Shown: positions 9,655 through 19,701, counted from the whole stretch's first letter. The stretch: DNA of 63,996 bases, filler included, from an uncultured bacterium (GCA_964449065.1; 9 parts of 9 records of this genome joined end to end with filler, not necessarily neighbours in it), one strand, 5' to 3'. Translations and numbers: made by a program. The notes: generated by a model not told the origin, from the sequence alone.

Positions 9655-11334
9655 TCAATATCCGTTGGCGGTGCCTTCGCCGCGGCCATCCGCGTATCCT
9701 GCCAGCATACCGTTTTCCATTGCCGCGATTCCGGCAGCGATACCGATGCTTCCCCGCTTGTTTACTTGATAGCCTTTTGCCGTCAATAAGCGTTTGGTGT
9801 CTTTTGAAAAGGCGAACGGTTCATGAGTAATGGCATCCGGCAGCCATTGGTGATGGAAGCGCGCGGCGTTGACCGCTTCACGGATGTTCATGCCGAACTC
9901 GATTTGATTGAGGATCATCTGCGCGACGGATGTGATGATAGTCGGGCCGCCGGGGGTGCCGACCGTAAAGGCGAACGCGCCGTCTTTTAGTACAATTGTG
10001 GGGGTCATGGATGAGAGCATACGCTTGCCGGGTTCGATCTTGTTCTTTTCGCCTTCAACCAGGCCGTACATGTTCGCGGCTCCGGGTTTGGCGGAAAAGT
10101 CATCCATCTCGTTGTTGAGCAAGAAGCCCGCGCCTTCGACAACCGCGCCCATGCCGTAGCCCCCGTTGAGGGTGTAGGTGACGGCGGCGACGTTGCGGTT
10201 TTTATCCACCACACAGTAATGGGTGGTTTGTTCGGATTCGGGGTTGCCGTGTTGGATTCCTTTGCTGCTGCCCGCTTTATCCAGCGAAATCAATTGGCGG
10301 CGTTTGTTTAAATACTCATCCGATATTAAAGTATCAATGGGTACATCCACATAATCCATATCACCGAGATGGTGATTGCGGTCGGAGAAGGCGAGGCGTT
10401 CGGCTTCAACGATGGCGCTGACATAGTCTGCCGAATTCCATCCCATTGCTTTCAGGTCATAGGGTTCTATCAACTTTAGAATTTGCGCCAGGGTGATTCC
10501 ACCGGAACTGGGCAGGTTGGGTGAGATGATTTGATATCTCTTATAATCAAACTGAACCGGGTCGCGGTATTTGGAGGTGTAACCGGCTAAATCGTCTTTG
10601 GTGATGATCCCGCCATGTTCCTGCATGTAGGCTTCCATTAACTCAGCGGTTTTGCCTGTATAAAAGCCTTCGATGCCTTGGCGTTTGACGCGGTTGAGGG
10701 TATTCGCTAAATCGTTTTGGATGAGGGTATCGCCAAAAGCCGGGGCTTTGCCGTTGGGGTAAAAGATTTTTTTGGTGGATTCGAATTTGGTTAATCTTTC
10801 GGTTTTGGATTGTAACGAACGGGAAAGTGAGTAGCTCACTTTATAGCCTTTTTTTGCCAATTTGATGGCGGGTTCCAATACGGCTTTTCTGGATAGATTT
10901 CCATGATCTTGATGAGCGGATAAGAGGCCGTGTACAGTGCCGGGTACGCCGGAGGCCAGAAGCGTTCTGGTACTCAGACCATCGATGACATTGTTATCCT
11001 TATCCAGATACATATCAGCGGTTGCCGCCGCGGGTGCCATTTCACGGAAATCCAAAAAGAAGGATGTGCCATCAGCATTGTGGGCGACCATGAAGCCGCC
11101 TCCGCCAATATTGCCGGCCGCGGGATAGGTCACCGCCAGGGCGAATCCTACCGCGACCGCCGCATCGACGGCGTTGCCGCCTTGGCGCAGGATTTTCACA
11201 CCGATTTCGGTTGCGTTCGGTTCAGGAGAGACGACCATGCCGTTTTTGGCATATTTTGGCTCATATTGAGCGTGGGAAGCGGGTATCCATGCTATGAGTA
11301 ATGTGATGATCAGGATTGGGATGAATTCTCGCAT
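9655..11334 (-). CDS. ggt: Gamma-glutamyltransferase
   Basis: GGNAVDAA, GNIGGGGF, TTH autocleavage site, LNNEMDDF, SSMTP. Confidence 0.97.
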   Translation of the reverse strand: MREFIPILIITLLIAWIPASHAQYEPKYAKNGMVVSPEPNATEIGVKILRQGGNAVDAAVAVGFALAVTYPAAGNIGGGGFMVAHNADGTSFFLDFREMAPAAATADMYLDKDNNVIDGLSTRTLLASGVPGTVHGLLSAHQDHGNLSRKAVLEPAIKLAKKGYKVSYSLSRSLQSKTERLTKFESTKKIFYPNGKAPAFGDTLIQNDLANTLNRVKRQGIEGFYTGKTAELMEAYMQEHGGIITKDDLAGYTSKYRDPVQFDYKRYQIISPNLPSSGGITLAQILKLIEPYDLKAMGWNSADYVSAIVEAERLAFSDRNHHLGDMDYVDVPIDTLISDEYLNKRRQLISLDKAGSSKGIQHGNPESEQTTHYCVVDKNRNVAAVTYTLNGGYGMGAVVEGAGFLLNNEMDDFSAKPGAANMYGLVEGEKNKIEPGKRMLSSMTPTIVLKDGAFAFTVGTPGGPTIITSVAQMILNQIEFGMNIREAVNAARFHHQWLPDAITHEPFAFSKDTKRLLTAKGYQVNKRGSIGIAAGIAAMENGMLAGYADGRGEGTANGY

Positions 11335-11440
11335 TTATAACTCCTTAAAAAAGTGGATTGATGATAAAGTTGTTGGAATCGTCATTCGTTTTTATACTTA
11401 GACCAAAAGAAAAATGAAATGTCCGCTTTCGGTACGACCG

Positions 11441-11538
11441 GTGGGCTACCGGAGATACGTATTGTGATACAACTGAGACTCGCTCCCGCTTTTACATCAT
11501 GCGTAATTAAAGTTAAATGATTGTTGAGCCCACCCTAC
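11441..11538. repeat. REP doublet (GTGGGCTAC ... GAGCCCACCCTAC); similar unit at 52579-52676
   Basis: Both loci share the ends and the internal CCCGCTTT..AGCGTAAT pattern. Confidence 0.65.
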
Positions 11539-11627
11539 AATGATAACGGATATTTTTCATTTCAATCGGTATTATATTATCCATTATGACACCGTTTTTG
11601 AATAATTCCTGTTAAACGAGGCTGCTC

Positions 11628-13910
11628 ATGTTACATGATGCCTATTTGGCTCTGGTTTGGTATGCTACATTCACGGCGTTTGGGCTGCTGGTGCTGCCGC
11701 TTTCCATGCTGGTTTTCCGGCAGATGCCCGAATGCGGGATATTGCTATCACGGCCGTTGGGCTGGTTGTTGATATCGTTCTGCGCGTGGTTTTTGGCGTA
11801 TTTGAAAATTTTGCCGTTTAACGATACCGGTTTGTGGGTGGTCATTATCCTGCTGCTGGTCTTGTCTGTTTATTTGTATAAGCAACGGCAATCGTGGACA
11901 CACCGCAGGCTGCGGCTGCATTGGCGCACAGCATTGAACGGGGAGATTATCACCCTCTTCGTTTATGTCTTGATGATCTTGGTGCGGCGCGAAGATCCGT
12001 CGATTAATTCGACCGAAAAGCCGATGGATATCATGCTGCTGAACGCGTTGACAAACGGGCAGCAGATTCCACCCTTGGATCCATGGTTTGCGGGAGAGAT
12101 CATCAACTATCATTATGGGGGGTATTTGCTGCACTCGGTTCCGGCACAATTGACGGGTATCCCGACTGAGTTTGTGTATAACTTGGCGATTGCGATATTG
12201 ACGGCATTGGCGGCAGCGTGCGCGTTTGTGATTGGGCGGGCGTTGTTTGGACGTTGTTTGCTGGGGGCGGTCACTGTGCCTTGCACGCTGTTCCTTGGGA
12301 ATATGGCATCGGTGCTGGAGATGTTCAGTCGTGGCGGGCTTTTGCAGAATTTGGGAGAATGGCGCTGGCAGTATTTGTGGAAAACATCGCGGGTGATATA
12401 CGATGAAATCGGGAACACGCCGCAAGAGACGATTAATGAATATCCGTTATTCACGATATTGTGGGGTGATTTGCATCCGCATTGCTCGAATCTGCCGTTT
12501 GTGCTGTTTGCGTTGTGTTTGCTATTCGCGTTGTATAAAGGGCTGATGCACTTGCCAAGAAAGAACGCGTTTTACCTTCATGTGCCGTTATTGGGGGTTA
12601 CGGCCATGGCACTCGCGTTTATCTTTCCGACTAACTTGTTTGATTTTCCGGTCTCATCGCTCGTTTTGGGCGGGGTGGTTTTATCGACTTTGATTTTTCT
12701 ATTATCACACCGGAAGCAAAAAAATATTTCTTGGGTTTCGATTTTGTTCCGGGCGCAGGTCATACTGCTGCCGCTGGTAGCGTACGCGTTGGCGGCTCCG
12801 TTTTGGCTGGAGTTTGAATCGCCTATTCAAGGTCCGTTGGTGGTATGGAGCGCGTATCACACGGATATGCTGGAATTTTTGCTGGTGTTTGGGCTGCATA
12901 CCGCCGCGACGCTGGGATATTTGCTGATGCGCATTACCTCGCTGTCGGATAAGATGGGGCAGGAGGGGATTTGGTTTGTACTGGTGATTATCGCGATGGT
13001 GTTTGTGCTGCTGTGGGGGTGGCAGGGGCATTTGGTGTTTGCGCTGGCTCCTATTATTGTGCTGATGCTGACCGCGTTTTTGATTTATCAAAGCGTGCAG
13101 GACCCGCAACGATCCAACAATGTGTTATCCGAGAACTTTGCGTTGATTCTGTGCATCATCGGGTGGTCGCTGATTGCGGGGTGTGAGTTTATCCATCTTT
13201 CGGAAACCTATGGATCAAAGCGCATCAACACGCTGTTTAAGTTTCACCTACCCGCTTGGCTGTTTTTTGGAGTGGGGCTGCCGGTGCTGTTGTATCATGC
13301 CTCGCGGGCGGTGAAGAACCTGCAACTCTCTTTCGCCGTGAATGGGACCGTTTCATTGATTCTTTTATTTTCACTGCTCACACCTGTGTATGTGTTCGGT
13401 TCGATTCTGATGATACCGGATGAAAACCGCCCGGTGACGCTGAACGGGATAGCGTATATGGAGCGGGAACGCCCGGGGCAGTACGCGATTGTGCAGTGGC
13501 TGCGTGAGAACGCGGAGTATAACGACCGCTTGCTGGAGCTGCCTGGTTTCGCGTACTCACAGGATAGTTTCGCATCGGCGTATACGGGGCTGCAATCGTA
13601 TATTGGATGGCATAATCATGAGAATTTATGGCGGGGCGGCGCTCCGGAAGTGGGGCAGCGTGCATCCGAAGCGTGGACATTTTTTACCCATCAAGACCCT
13701 AACACTATTATGAGTTTTCTCGAACAGAAGGCCGTTGATTATGTCATCTTGAAGAAGCCGGAATGCGCGAGTTGCCCGGACCGTATGCAGGAATATGAAC
13801 GGATGAAAAACGCCAAGTTCCGCACGGTGTTAGAGCCGGTGATTGTGGAGACGGGGCGGTATCCGAATGAGGTGTATGAGTTGTATAGGGTACCGCAGGA
13901 AAATAACTAA
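11628..13910 (+). CDS. DUF2298 / Chlor_Arch_YYY-type polytopic membrane protein (GT-C glycosyltransferase-like)
   Basis: TEKPMD, PPLDPWFAG..INYHYGG, ETINEYP, GDLHPH, RINTLFKF, GWHNHENLWRG. Confidence 0.85.
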   Translation: MLHDAYLALVWYATFTAFGLLVLPLSMLVFRQMPECGILLSRPLGWLLISFCAWFLAYLKILPFNDTGLWVVIILLLVLSVYLYKQRQSWTHRRLRLHWRTALNGEIITLFVYVLMILVRREDPSINSTEKPMDIMLLNALTNGQQIPPLDPWFAGEIINYHYGGYLLHSVPAQLTGIPTEFVYNLAIAILTALAAACAFVIGRALFGRCLLGAVTVPCTLFLGNMASVLEMFSRGGLLQNLGEWRWQYLWKTSRVIYDEIGNTPQETINEYPLFTILWGDLHPHCSNLPFVLFALCLLFALYKGLMHLPRKNAFYLHVPLLGVTAMALAFIFPTNLFDFPVSSLVLGGVVLSTLIFLLSHRKQKNISWVSILFRAQVILLPLVAYALAAPFWLEFESPIQGPLVVWSAYHTDMLEFLLVFGLHTAATLGYLLMRITSLSDKMGQEGIWFVLVIIAMVFVLLWGWQGHLVFALAPIIVLMLTAFLIYQSVQDPQRSNNVLSENFALILCIIGWSLIAGCEFIHLSETYGSKRINTLFKFHLPAWLFFGVGLPVLLYHASRAVKNLQLSFAVNGTVSLILLFSLLTPVYVFGSILMIPDENRPVTLNGIAYMERERPGQYAIVQWLRENAEYNDRLLELPGFAYSQDSFASAYTGLQSYIGWHNHENLWRGGAPEVGQRASEAWTFFTHQDPNTIMSFLEQKAVDYVILKKPECASCPDRMQEYERMKNAKFRTVLEPVIVETGRYPNEVYELYRVPQENN

Positions 13911-13922
13911 CAGGAAAAATAT

Positions 13923-14705
13923 ATGACGAAGAAAAAACCGAAGATTTTAGTGACCAATGATGACGGGATTTTGTCTCCTGGGATCAAGATATTGGTGGAG
14001 CATTTGAATGAGATCGGCGAGGTGTGGACGATCGCGCCGGACCGCAACCGCAGCGCGGTATCGCATTCGTTTACGATTCATCATCCCATTCGCTGTGATC
14101 AGTTGGATGAGCGCACCTTCGCGATGGACGGCACCCCGGCGGATTGCGTGATGTTCGGCACGCGCGGATTTTTAAAGCATAAGCCCGATCTGGTGGTATC
14201 CGGCATTAACAAAGGGCCGAATTTGGGAATCGACACGGTGTATTCGGGCACGGTGGCCGGGGCGCATGAGGGGCATTTGGCGGGGTATCCATCCTTCGCG
14301 ATCTCGATGGATTATCCGCGTGAAGTGAAAGGGGAATATCATTTTGAAAGTGCGGCAATGTTTGCGAGTATATTGGCGCAGCAGTTGCTTTCACGGCATA
14401 TGCCGGATGGGTCGTTTTTGAATGTGAACCTGCCGAACCTGCCCTATGATCAACTCAAGGGGGTCGCGATCACGCGGTTGGGGCAGCGGATATATCACGA
14501 CGAGATCATCAAGCGGGATGATCCGCATGGTGGGACGTATTATTGGATCGGCGGCGACCCGCCGACGTGGGTGAAATCAGAGGGGACGGATTTTCACGCG
14601 CTGGAAGAGGATAAAATTTCGGTGACACCATTGGGGCAGGATTTCACGCAGCATCACGCCATCCCGGAGCTGGATAAGTGGGGGATTGGTTTGAGTGATG
14701 AGTGA
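13923..14705 (+). CDS. surE: 5'/3'-nucleotidase SurE
   Basis: ILVTNDDG, GTPADCV, SGINKGPNLG, YSGTVAGA. Confidence 0.97.
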   Translation: MTKKKPKILVTNDDGILSPGIKILVEHLNEIGEVWTIAPDRNRSAVSHSFTIHHPIRCDQLDERTFAMDGTPADCVMFGTRGFLKHKPDLVVSGINKGPNLGIDTVYSGTVAGAHEGHLAGYPSFAISMDYPREVKGEYHFESAAMFASILAQQLLSRHMPDGSFLNVNLPNLPYDQLKGVAITRLGQRIYHDEIIKRDDPHGGTYYWIGGDPPTWVKSEGTDFHALEEDKISVTPLGQDFTQHHAIPELDKWGIGLSDE

Positions 14706-14823
14706 GGAGTGTGGAGTGATGGATACGTATTTTGAAAACGGCATATTTCGCTTGTCATTGTCGCTCTTCCTGGTTCAGTAATCATTAACTATCAAGATCT
14801 TTTTTATTCAGCGATCATATAAT

Positions 14824-14982
14824 TACCAAGTTGTTACGAGAGTGTTGGTTGAAATCGAATGATCAGAGAGAGTCATGGTGGGCTACGCTTCGCTTTGAAC
14901 CACCCTACAGTTGCACCCTACAGTTTCATTATCCCGTATGGTTGTGTTGAAAGATCACTCACTTTTTAGATGCAGCTTGGTA
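14824..14982. mobile_element. MITE (TACCAAGTTG ... CAGCTTGGTA) with internal REP
   Basis: 9/10 TIR; right half repeated at 1-88. Confidence 0.65.
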
Positions 14983-15074
14983 TATATGGATATTGCTTTC
15001 ATCAAGCAAAACGATGATTGCATTGAGTCCGAACCGTTTTGATGGGCGATTTTCCAGACCCACATTTTATCTTA

Positions 15075-15126
15075 TACCATTTCCAATTTGGATTGTTCAC
15101 GAAAATCAAAACGGCTTAACAGATTG
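15075..15126. mobile_element. Left end of a TACC-type MITE, truncated by contig end (copies at 45018-45067 and about 7329-7376)
   Basis: TACCATTTCCAATTTGGATTGTTCACGAAAATCAAAACGGCTTAACAGAT identical at two contig ends. Confidence 0.75.
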
Positions 15127-15226
15127 NNNNNNNNNNNNNNNNNNNNNNNNNNNNNNNNNNNNNNNNNNNNTTAATTAATTAANNNNNNNNNNNNNNNNNN
15201 NNNNNNNNNNNNNNNNNNNNNNNNNN

Positions 15227-15502
15227 GGTATGGTTGCCGATTTCAAAGCCCATCCCATGCAGCTCGGCGACTTCATCCCACTTCATGAAGTTTTCGGTAT
15301 CCTCCATCCATTTGTGCGTGATGAAGAACGTGGCTCCGAAGCCCAATTCTTTCAACATAGGCGCCACGTAGGTGCGGTGTGATTTAACCGCGTCATCGAA
15401 GGTGAGAACGACGGTTTTATCGGGGACCGGTTCCGCAGCATGAACGGTATTAACAATCAATCCAACCAAGAACCATAATGATAAACGCATCCAATTTCGC
15501 AT
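15227..15502 (-). CDS. Polysaccharide deacetylase family protein, 3' truncated
   Basis: Signal peptide, LTFDD, ATFFI, GFEIGNHT. Confidence 0.85.
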
Positions 15503-15583
15503 AACAATTCCCCCGTTCAAAAGTTCATTTGATTATAGAGAAATCGCTTTGGATTTACACCTGAAAAATACTACAAAAACTTC

Positions 15584-15611
15584 TTGACAGGTTATGACTT
15601 TATGTCATAAT
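15584..15611 (+). promoter_or_regulatory. Sigma70-type promoter overlapped by palindromic operator
   Basis: TTGACA-N16-CATAAT; perfect inverted repeat TTATGAC-N5-GTCATAA at 15592-15610. Confidence 0.6.
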
Positions 15612-15943
15612 ACTAAAAATTGTTGTAAACGGAACTAACACACATACAAAGGGAGAAAAATATTTAGAAATCCTCTGAATTTCTAAATATTATCAGTATG
15701 AGCCTAAAAGAAAGGAGAAAAAATTATGAAGATAATTCTCATTTCTACCATTAATTTGCAGAACATAAAATGAAAACAACCTAATCAGGTCCATGACTCG
15801 GACCTGATTTTACAAATTCTTTTTTTCAGAGGGATAAAGAATAATATACAAGATACCGAATTACACTTATAAAAGTATCGAAAGGTGAAATCATTTTTGT
15901 TCTACAGTCATGAGACCTCAAACCATAAATAAAAGAGGTACTC

Positions 15944-16177
15944 ATGAAAAAAGAATTCAACGTTAAATTTGAAAAACTGAATAAGCAAGAAAAAGAAGTT
16001 GCAGAAAAATTGATTCGCCTTGAGGTTACTTATTCAGAGCAAAAGGAACCTAAGAAAGAAGTTCGGAATCTATTTGAGAAAGCATGGTCGTTGTTGTTTG
16101 ATGGATCATTCAAAGCGGCAGTTGAATTACTTACTACCATCATCAAGGCGATTAAATCCGGAAGTGATCCGCCGTGA
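15944..16177 (+). CDS. Small hypothetical protein
   Basis: GAGGT RBS, 77 aa, lies before the XRE gene. Confidence 0.55.
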   Translation: MKKEFNVKFEKLNKQEKEVAEKLIRLEVTYSEQKEPKKEVRNLFEKAWSLLFDGSFKAAVELLTTIIKAIKSGSDPP

Positions 16178-16198
16178 TCACACGGAATTGAGTTTATT

Positions 16199-16510
16199 AT
16201 GAATATATTCGATATTGATCTAAGCCTTCGTCTCGGCATTATTATCCGCAGGCTCAGACAATCTTTAGGCATCAGCCAAAAGCATCTTGCAAATGCGGCA
16301 GGTATTGATCAATCCATGATCTCGTTGATCGAAAAAGGCAAACGCAATACCCGTATTAACCTGAACAGCCTGCAAGCAATCGCCAGAGAATTAAAGCAGG
16401 ATAGCGTTTCTACTCTCATTGCTTTTGCGGAAGATATCGGTGATTTGGAAACCGAGTTGGCTTCGACAGAGAAGTTGATTACCAAGATGAAAGCCAAGCA
16501 AAAGAATTAG
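16199..16510 (+). CDS. XRE-family HTH transcriptional regulator
   Basis: IRRLRQSLGISQKHLANAAGIDQSMISLIEKG. Confidence 0.9.
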   Translation: MNIFDIDLSLRLGIIIRRLRQSLGISQKHLANAAGIDQSMISLIEKGKRNTRINLNSLQAIARELKQDSVSTLIAFAEDIGDLETELASTEKLITKMKAKQKN

Positions 16511-16589
16511 ATGATCATGGTGGGTTGCGCTTCGCTTTGAGCACACTCTTTTATGGATGAGATTACCATTAAGCGAGGTGAAAAAAAAC

Positions 16590-16904
16590 ATGTCTATCCC
16601 CAATACCGGCCGTATGAAACGCAAACCGACCCATCCAGGGGAAATGCTGCGTGTAGACTTTTTGCCGGACTATCAGTTAACGGGTTCTGCTTTGGCAGCG
16701 GCCTTGGGTGTATCACGCCAATCCATTAATGAACTGCTGCGTGAACGCCGGGCGGTCAGTCCAGAGATGGCGCTGCGGCTCGCGCGTTTGTTTGGAAATT
16801 CACCGGAGTTTTGGCTGAATGCTCAGCGCGCGGTTGATCTTTGGGAGGCGAATAAAGCAATTCAATCTGAAATCGCCCGCATCCACCCACTCAATGCCGC
16901 ATAA
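16590..16904 (+). CDS. higA: HigA/VapI-family antitoxin (orphan)
   Basis: PTHPGEML, ALRLARLFGNSPEFWLNAQ; GAGGTG RBS. Confidence 0.92.
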   Translation: MSIPNTGRMKRKPTHPGEMLRVDFLPDYQLTGSALAAALGVSRQSINELLRERRAVSPEMALRLARLFGNSPEFWLNAQRAVDLWEANKAIQSEIARIHPLNAA

Positions 16905-16915
16905 GAGAACGTGCA

Positions 16916-17263
16916 ATGAACAATATGGGCTTTGCTCCATTGGATACCAACCGCGTTACCTGCGTGTTTCTGCTGTCTGATATCGGTGAAAAGATCGATG
17001 TCCACACCCGATCGATTGGTTGGACTTTTGATCATCAAATGGAGCAGAACCCTAGAAAATGGTTCAATGTAGTGATAGTTGTGGACAATCAGCCATTCAA
17101 ACGCAAGCAGGTTGTGGCGGTGTGCAGTGAGTTATATCTCGAACCGGGCGATATGGTTTTGGTTTGGGACCGCGAACACGGCAGCCGGTTTGTGGAGTGG
17201 CAACAAAACGACACCTATGATTCGTATGAATCAGTTCATGGGGTGCAGGTGGATAAGATATGA
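16916..17263 (+). CDS. Hypothetical protein
   Basis: 115-aa ORF 11 bp after higA; no recognised motif. Confidence 0.4.
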   Translation: MNNMGFAPLDTNRVTCVFLLSDIGEKIDVHTRSIGWTFDHQMEQNPRKWFNVVIVVDNQPFKRKQVVAVCSELYLEPGDMVLVWDREHGSRFVEWQQNDTYDSYESVHGVQVDKI

Positions 17264-17329
17264 GAGTCCTGAAATGGTTTGTAATGCCATTAAACCAATA
17301 TTACTACGGCTACTAAAAGAAGGTAATTG

Positions 17330-17881
17330 ATGGCTTTAATCCAGTGTCCAGAATGTAAAAAAGAAATATCTGATAAGACTGCATCCTGCCCGCATTGTGG
17401 ATGCCCGAAACCAGAGCCAAAAAAGGTGCCAATAAAAAGCGGCAACAATACCGAATTTACTTTTGGTTTTGTGATGCTTGTCTTGATTGTCGTATGTCCT
17501 TTAATTATATGGAATTATATATCAGAAAAAGATGATCCTTTAATGGATAAAGTGAAACATGCAAGAAGCCTATTCCAAACTCACATGCGAAAGATCGATG
17601 ATGGAGAATCTTATACACCTGATAAAGCTATAAAAATTGTTGAAGATTTAAAGCCGGGAAATTTTATGGATGATGCGTTGGAAGCGATTGGTCTTGGATA
17701 TCTGGAAAGAGTAATGCCGTATCAACGGAAATATGCAGCACCCGTCAAAGAATTGACAGTTGATAATCTTCCCAAATCATCATACAAGGATACTTGCAGA
17801 AACTTTTTTGCAAGCGGTTCTAATTACATGAATGCTATTCTTGCTGCTTATCGTAATGATATACAATGGTTTACAGATTAA
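17330..17881 (+). CDS. Zinc-ribbon domain membrane protein
   Basis: MALIQCPECKKEISDKTASCPHCG followed by one TM helix. Confidence 0.85.
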   Translation: MALIQCPECKKEISDKTASCPHCGCPKPEPKKVPIKSGNNTEFTFGFVMLVLIVVCPLIIWNYISEKDDPLMDKVKHARSLFQTHMRKIDDGESYTPDKAIKIVEDLKPGNFMDDALEAIGLGYLERVMPYQRKYAAPVKELTVDNLPKSSYKDTCRNFFASGSNYMNAILAAYRNDIQWFTD

Positions 17882-17941
17882 GCGCTTTGCATCACCCCAA
17901 CTCAAACCAAAACTTTGATATCAAATTCCAAACGGTTAGAT

Positions 17942-18220
17942 TTAAATCAAATCAAACTCAATGGTATCAGTGTGTATGCCTAAGCGGTTGCAGATACTGC
18001 GGCGGACAAACTTTGATACGGGTTGACCCTGCTTATATTTGATATGCACGGATTTGCGTTTCAGGGCGTCAATGTGTTCCAATTCAATGATATGGTGGAT
18101 CTTCTTTGTTTCGGTGTTCAGCATGGAAAATTCGCGGACTTTCTTGCCGCCATACTCTACCAACGCCTCGATAAATTCTTCATAGGTTGGGTCTCTTTTG
18201 TTCTGTACTTCATCACTCAC
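17942..18220 (-). CDS. Hypothetical protein, possible divergent HicA-like toxin
   Basis: Overlaps the stop of the HicB-like gene; C-terminal VRRSICNRLGI helix. Confidence 0.5.
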   Translation of the reverse strand: MSDEVQNKRDPTYEEFIEALVEYGGKKVREFSMLNTETKKIHHIIELEHIDALKRKSVHIKYKQGQPVSKFVRRSICNRLGIHTDTIEFDLI

Positions 18221-18572
18221 AAGGCGCCTCTGACAATGCCCATGATGTTTTCTTGGGAAGATATTGATTGATCCGGCTGTTGAGTTCAGTGGGGACTTTT
18301 ATATCAATTGGGTTTTGCAACGGATTTGCCCGCTGGTACATTTCCCAAAAAACCCGTGGTGTCTCCGGTAGAGTGGATAGGGGTTCTTCGCCGTTTTGAA
18401 TGTCATTTTCTATTTGTAGCGCAAGTTCCAACGCAAAGTTTTCTCTGAGATCTTCCAACCCTTCAGCCTGGACTGCAAGATCATACTCAAGGCATTGAGC
18501 AATATAGAGGTTTTGATCCTTGAAAATCAATACCTTTATTTCAAGATTTTCGGTTCCAATCCTCATAGCCAT
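18213..18572 (-). CDS. HicB-like (partial RNase H fold) antitoxin
   Basis: YIAQCLEYDLAVQAEGLEDLRENF...P; AAGGAG RBS before ATG 18572. Confidence 0.7.
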   Translation of the reverse strand: MAMRIGTENLEIKVLIFKDQNLYIAQCLEYDLAVQAEGLEDLRENFALELALQIENDIQNGEEPLSTLPETPRVFWEMYQRANPLQNPIDIKVPTELNSRINQYLPKKTSWALSEAPCE

Positions 18573-18664
18573 GGTCTCTCCTTCAATGCATATCAATATA
18601 TATACCATAATATACCACATATTGACACATCTATCAACGATTTTTACCATTATCTTTTGTTTTT

Positions 18665-18958
18665 TGCGGATTCCGGTGATGTCGGCCACCTGTTCCAGTG
18701 GAAAGCGGTCGGGGATTCCGGTGAAGCCAGCCACCCTGAACCTGAGGATTGACGTAAAAGTATTCTCTCCTTTCTTTTGAAGTAAGCCAAGCCCGGTGCA
18801 ACGGAGGGAGGGCGTAGCCCGACTGGAGTTACACCGGGCTTCTTCATCTGGTTTCTCACCCCCCCACTGCCCGGCTGCTTGGCTGCATGTCTCTATTCTC
18901 CGGTTTTCTTCTTGAGTTTCCGCATCGACTCTCCTTTCAACTCCATTTTGTAGGCAGA
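18665..18958 (-). mobile_element. IS21-family remnant: istB 3' end plus right end
   Basis: Minus-strand 18893-18958 encodes SAYKMELKGESMRKLKKKTGE*, an IstB-like C-terminus; end TGCGGATTCCGGTGATGTCGGCCACC with reiterated GATTCCGGTGA..GCCACC. Confidence 0.85.
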
Positions 18959-19005
18959 AAGGCAATGAGTGCTTCTAAAATCGTTGCTAAACGTATGTTT
19001 TTTTA

Positions 19006-19034
19006 GGAGGGCGAGGCTCCCGCCGAGCCGGAAG
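19006..19034. repeat. REP family GGAGGGCGAGGCTCCCGCCGAGCCGG (also 21350-21378, 40473-40502 inverted, 63811-63897 tandem)
   Basis: Near-identical copies. Confidence 0.85.
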
Positions 19035-19223
19035 TTCATGTCAATCCGAACGTATTTCTGTCAATCACCATAAACAAAGATATACAGCGGATAAGCCGTT
19101 GAACCAAGTGTTAAGCAGGTGTAAGGCATATCAATATGATACGCCTTTTTTTAAAAGTCTGTTCGCAGTGAATAGAGATAATTTGTTACTTCAACCCATA
19201 AACTTGATAGGATGAGCCATAAT

Positions 19224-19439
19224 TCATTTGGCTTTCTCAGCCCGGACACGCGCGATCAGTTCTTCTTTCGATACAGGCGGTGCAATCCCGCTTTGGAAGG
19301 CCTTTTCTTCATCGCGTTCAATGAGGGCGAGACGTTCCTGCCCGCTCAGACTCTTCCACAACGCCAAATCATCCGCGGTGAGGAACACGGTGAAAGAAAG
19401 TTTGATCTTGGTTAGGTCTATGGTCATTGTTTCATTCAT
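19224..19439 (-). CDS. Small protein, possibly an orphan antitoxin
   Basis: 71-aa ORF ending ATGA-coupled to a 13-codon stub. Confidence 0.4.
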   Translation of the reverse strand: MNETMTIDLTKIKLSFTVFLTADDLALWKSLSGQERLALIERDEEKAFQSGIAPPVSKEELIARVRAEKAK

Positions 19440-19701
19440 AATATGGAAGTATGACAAAAAATCACGGAATGTAGGGTGAGCAAAGATGTATCTTGCCTAT
19501 CGTTCGTGCGCAATCGGTGGGCACAAAAGGCCGTGCCCATCCTACCGGTTCAAGAAACTTGATTGCGATACACTCTATTTGGTTCACAAACGAAGTATTC
19601 TGTTTTTCTAGTTTGGAGTTAAGGAATATGGAGTTAGAGAAATTTTTGACATCAATGCCTATATCGATCATCATAAAAGAATGGTAATGAAAGGCAGAAA
19701 A

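Noticed and set aside
18573..18965. 250-aa ORF 18213-18965
   Set aside because: The upstream part crosses IS21 remnant DNA; the real gene starts at 18572
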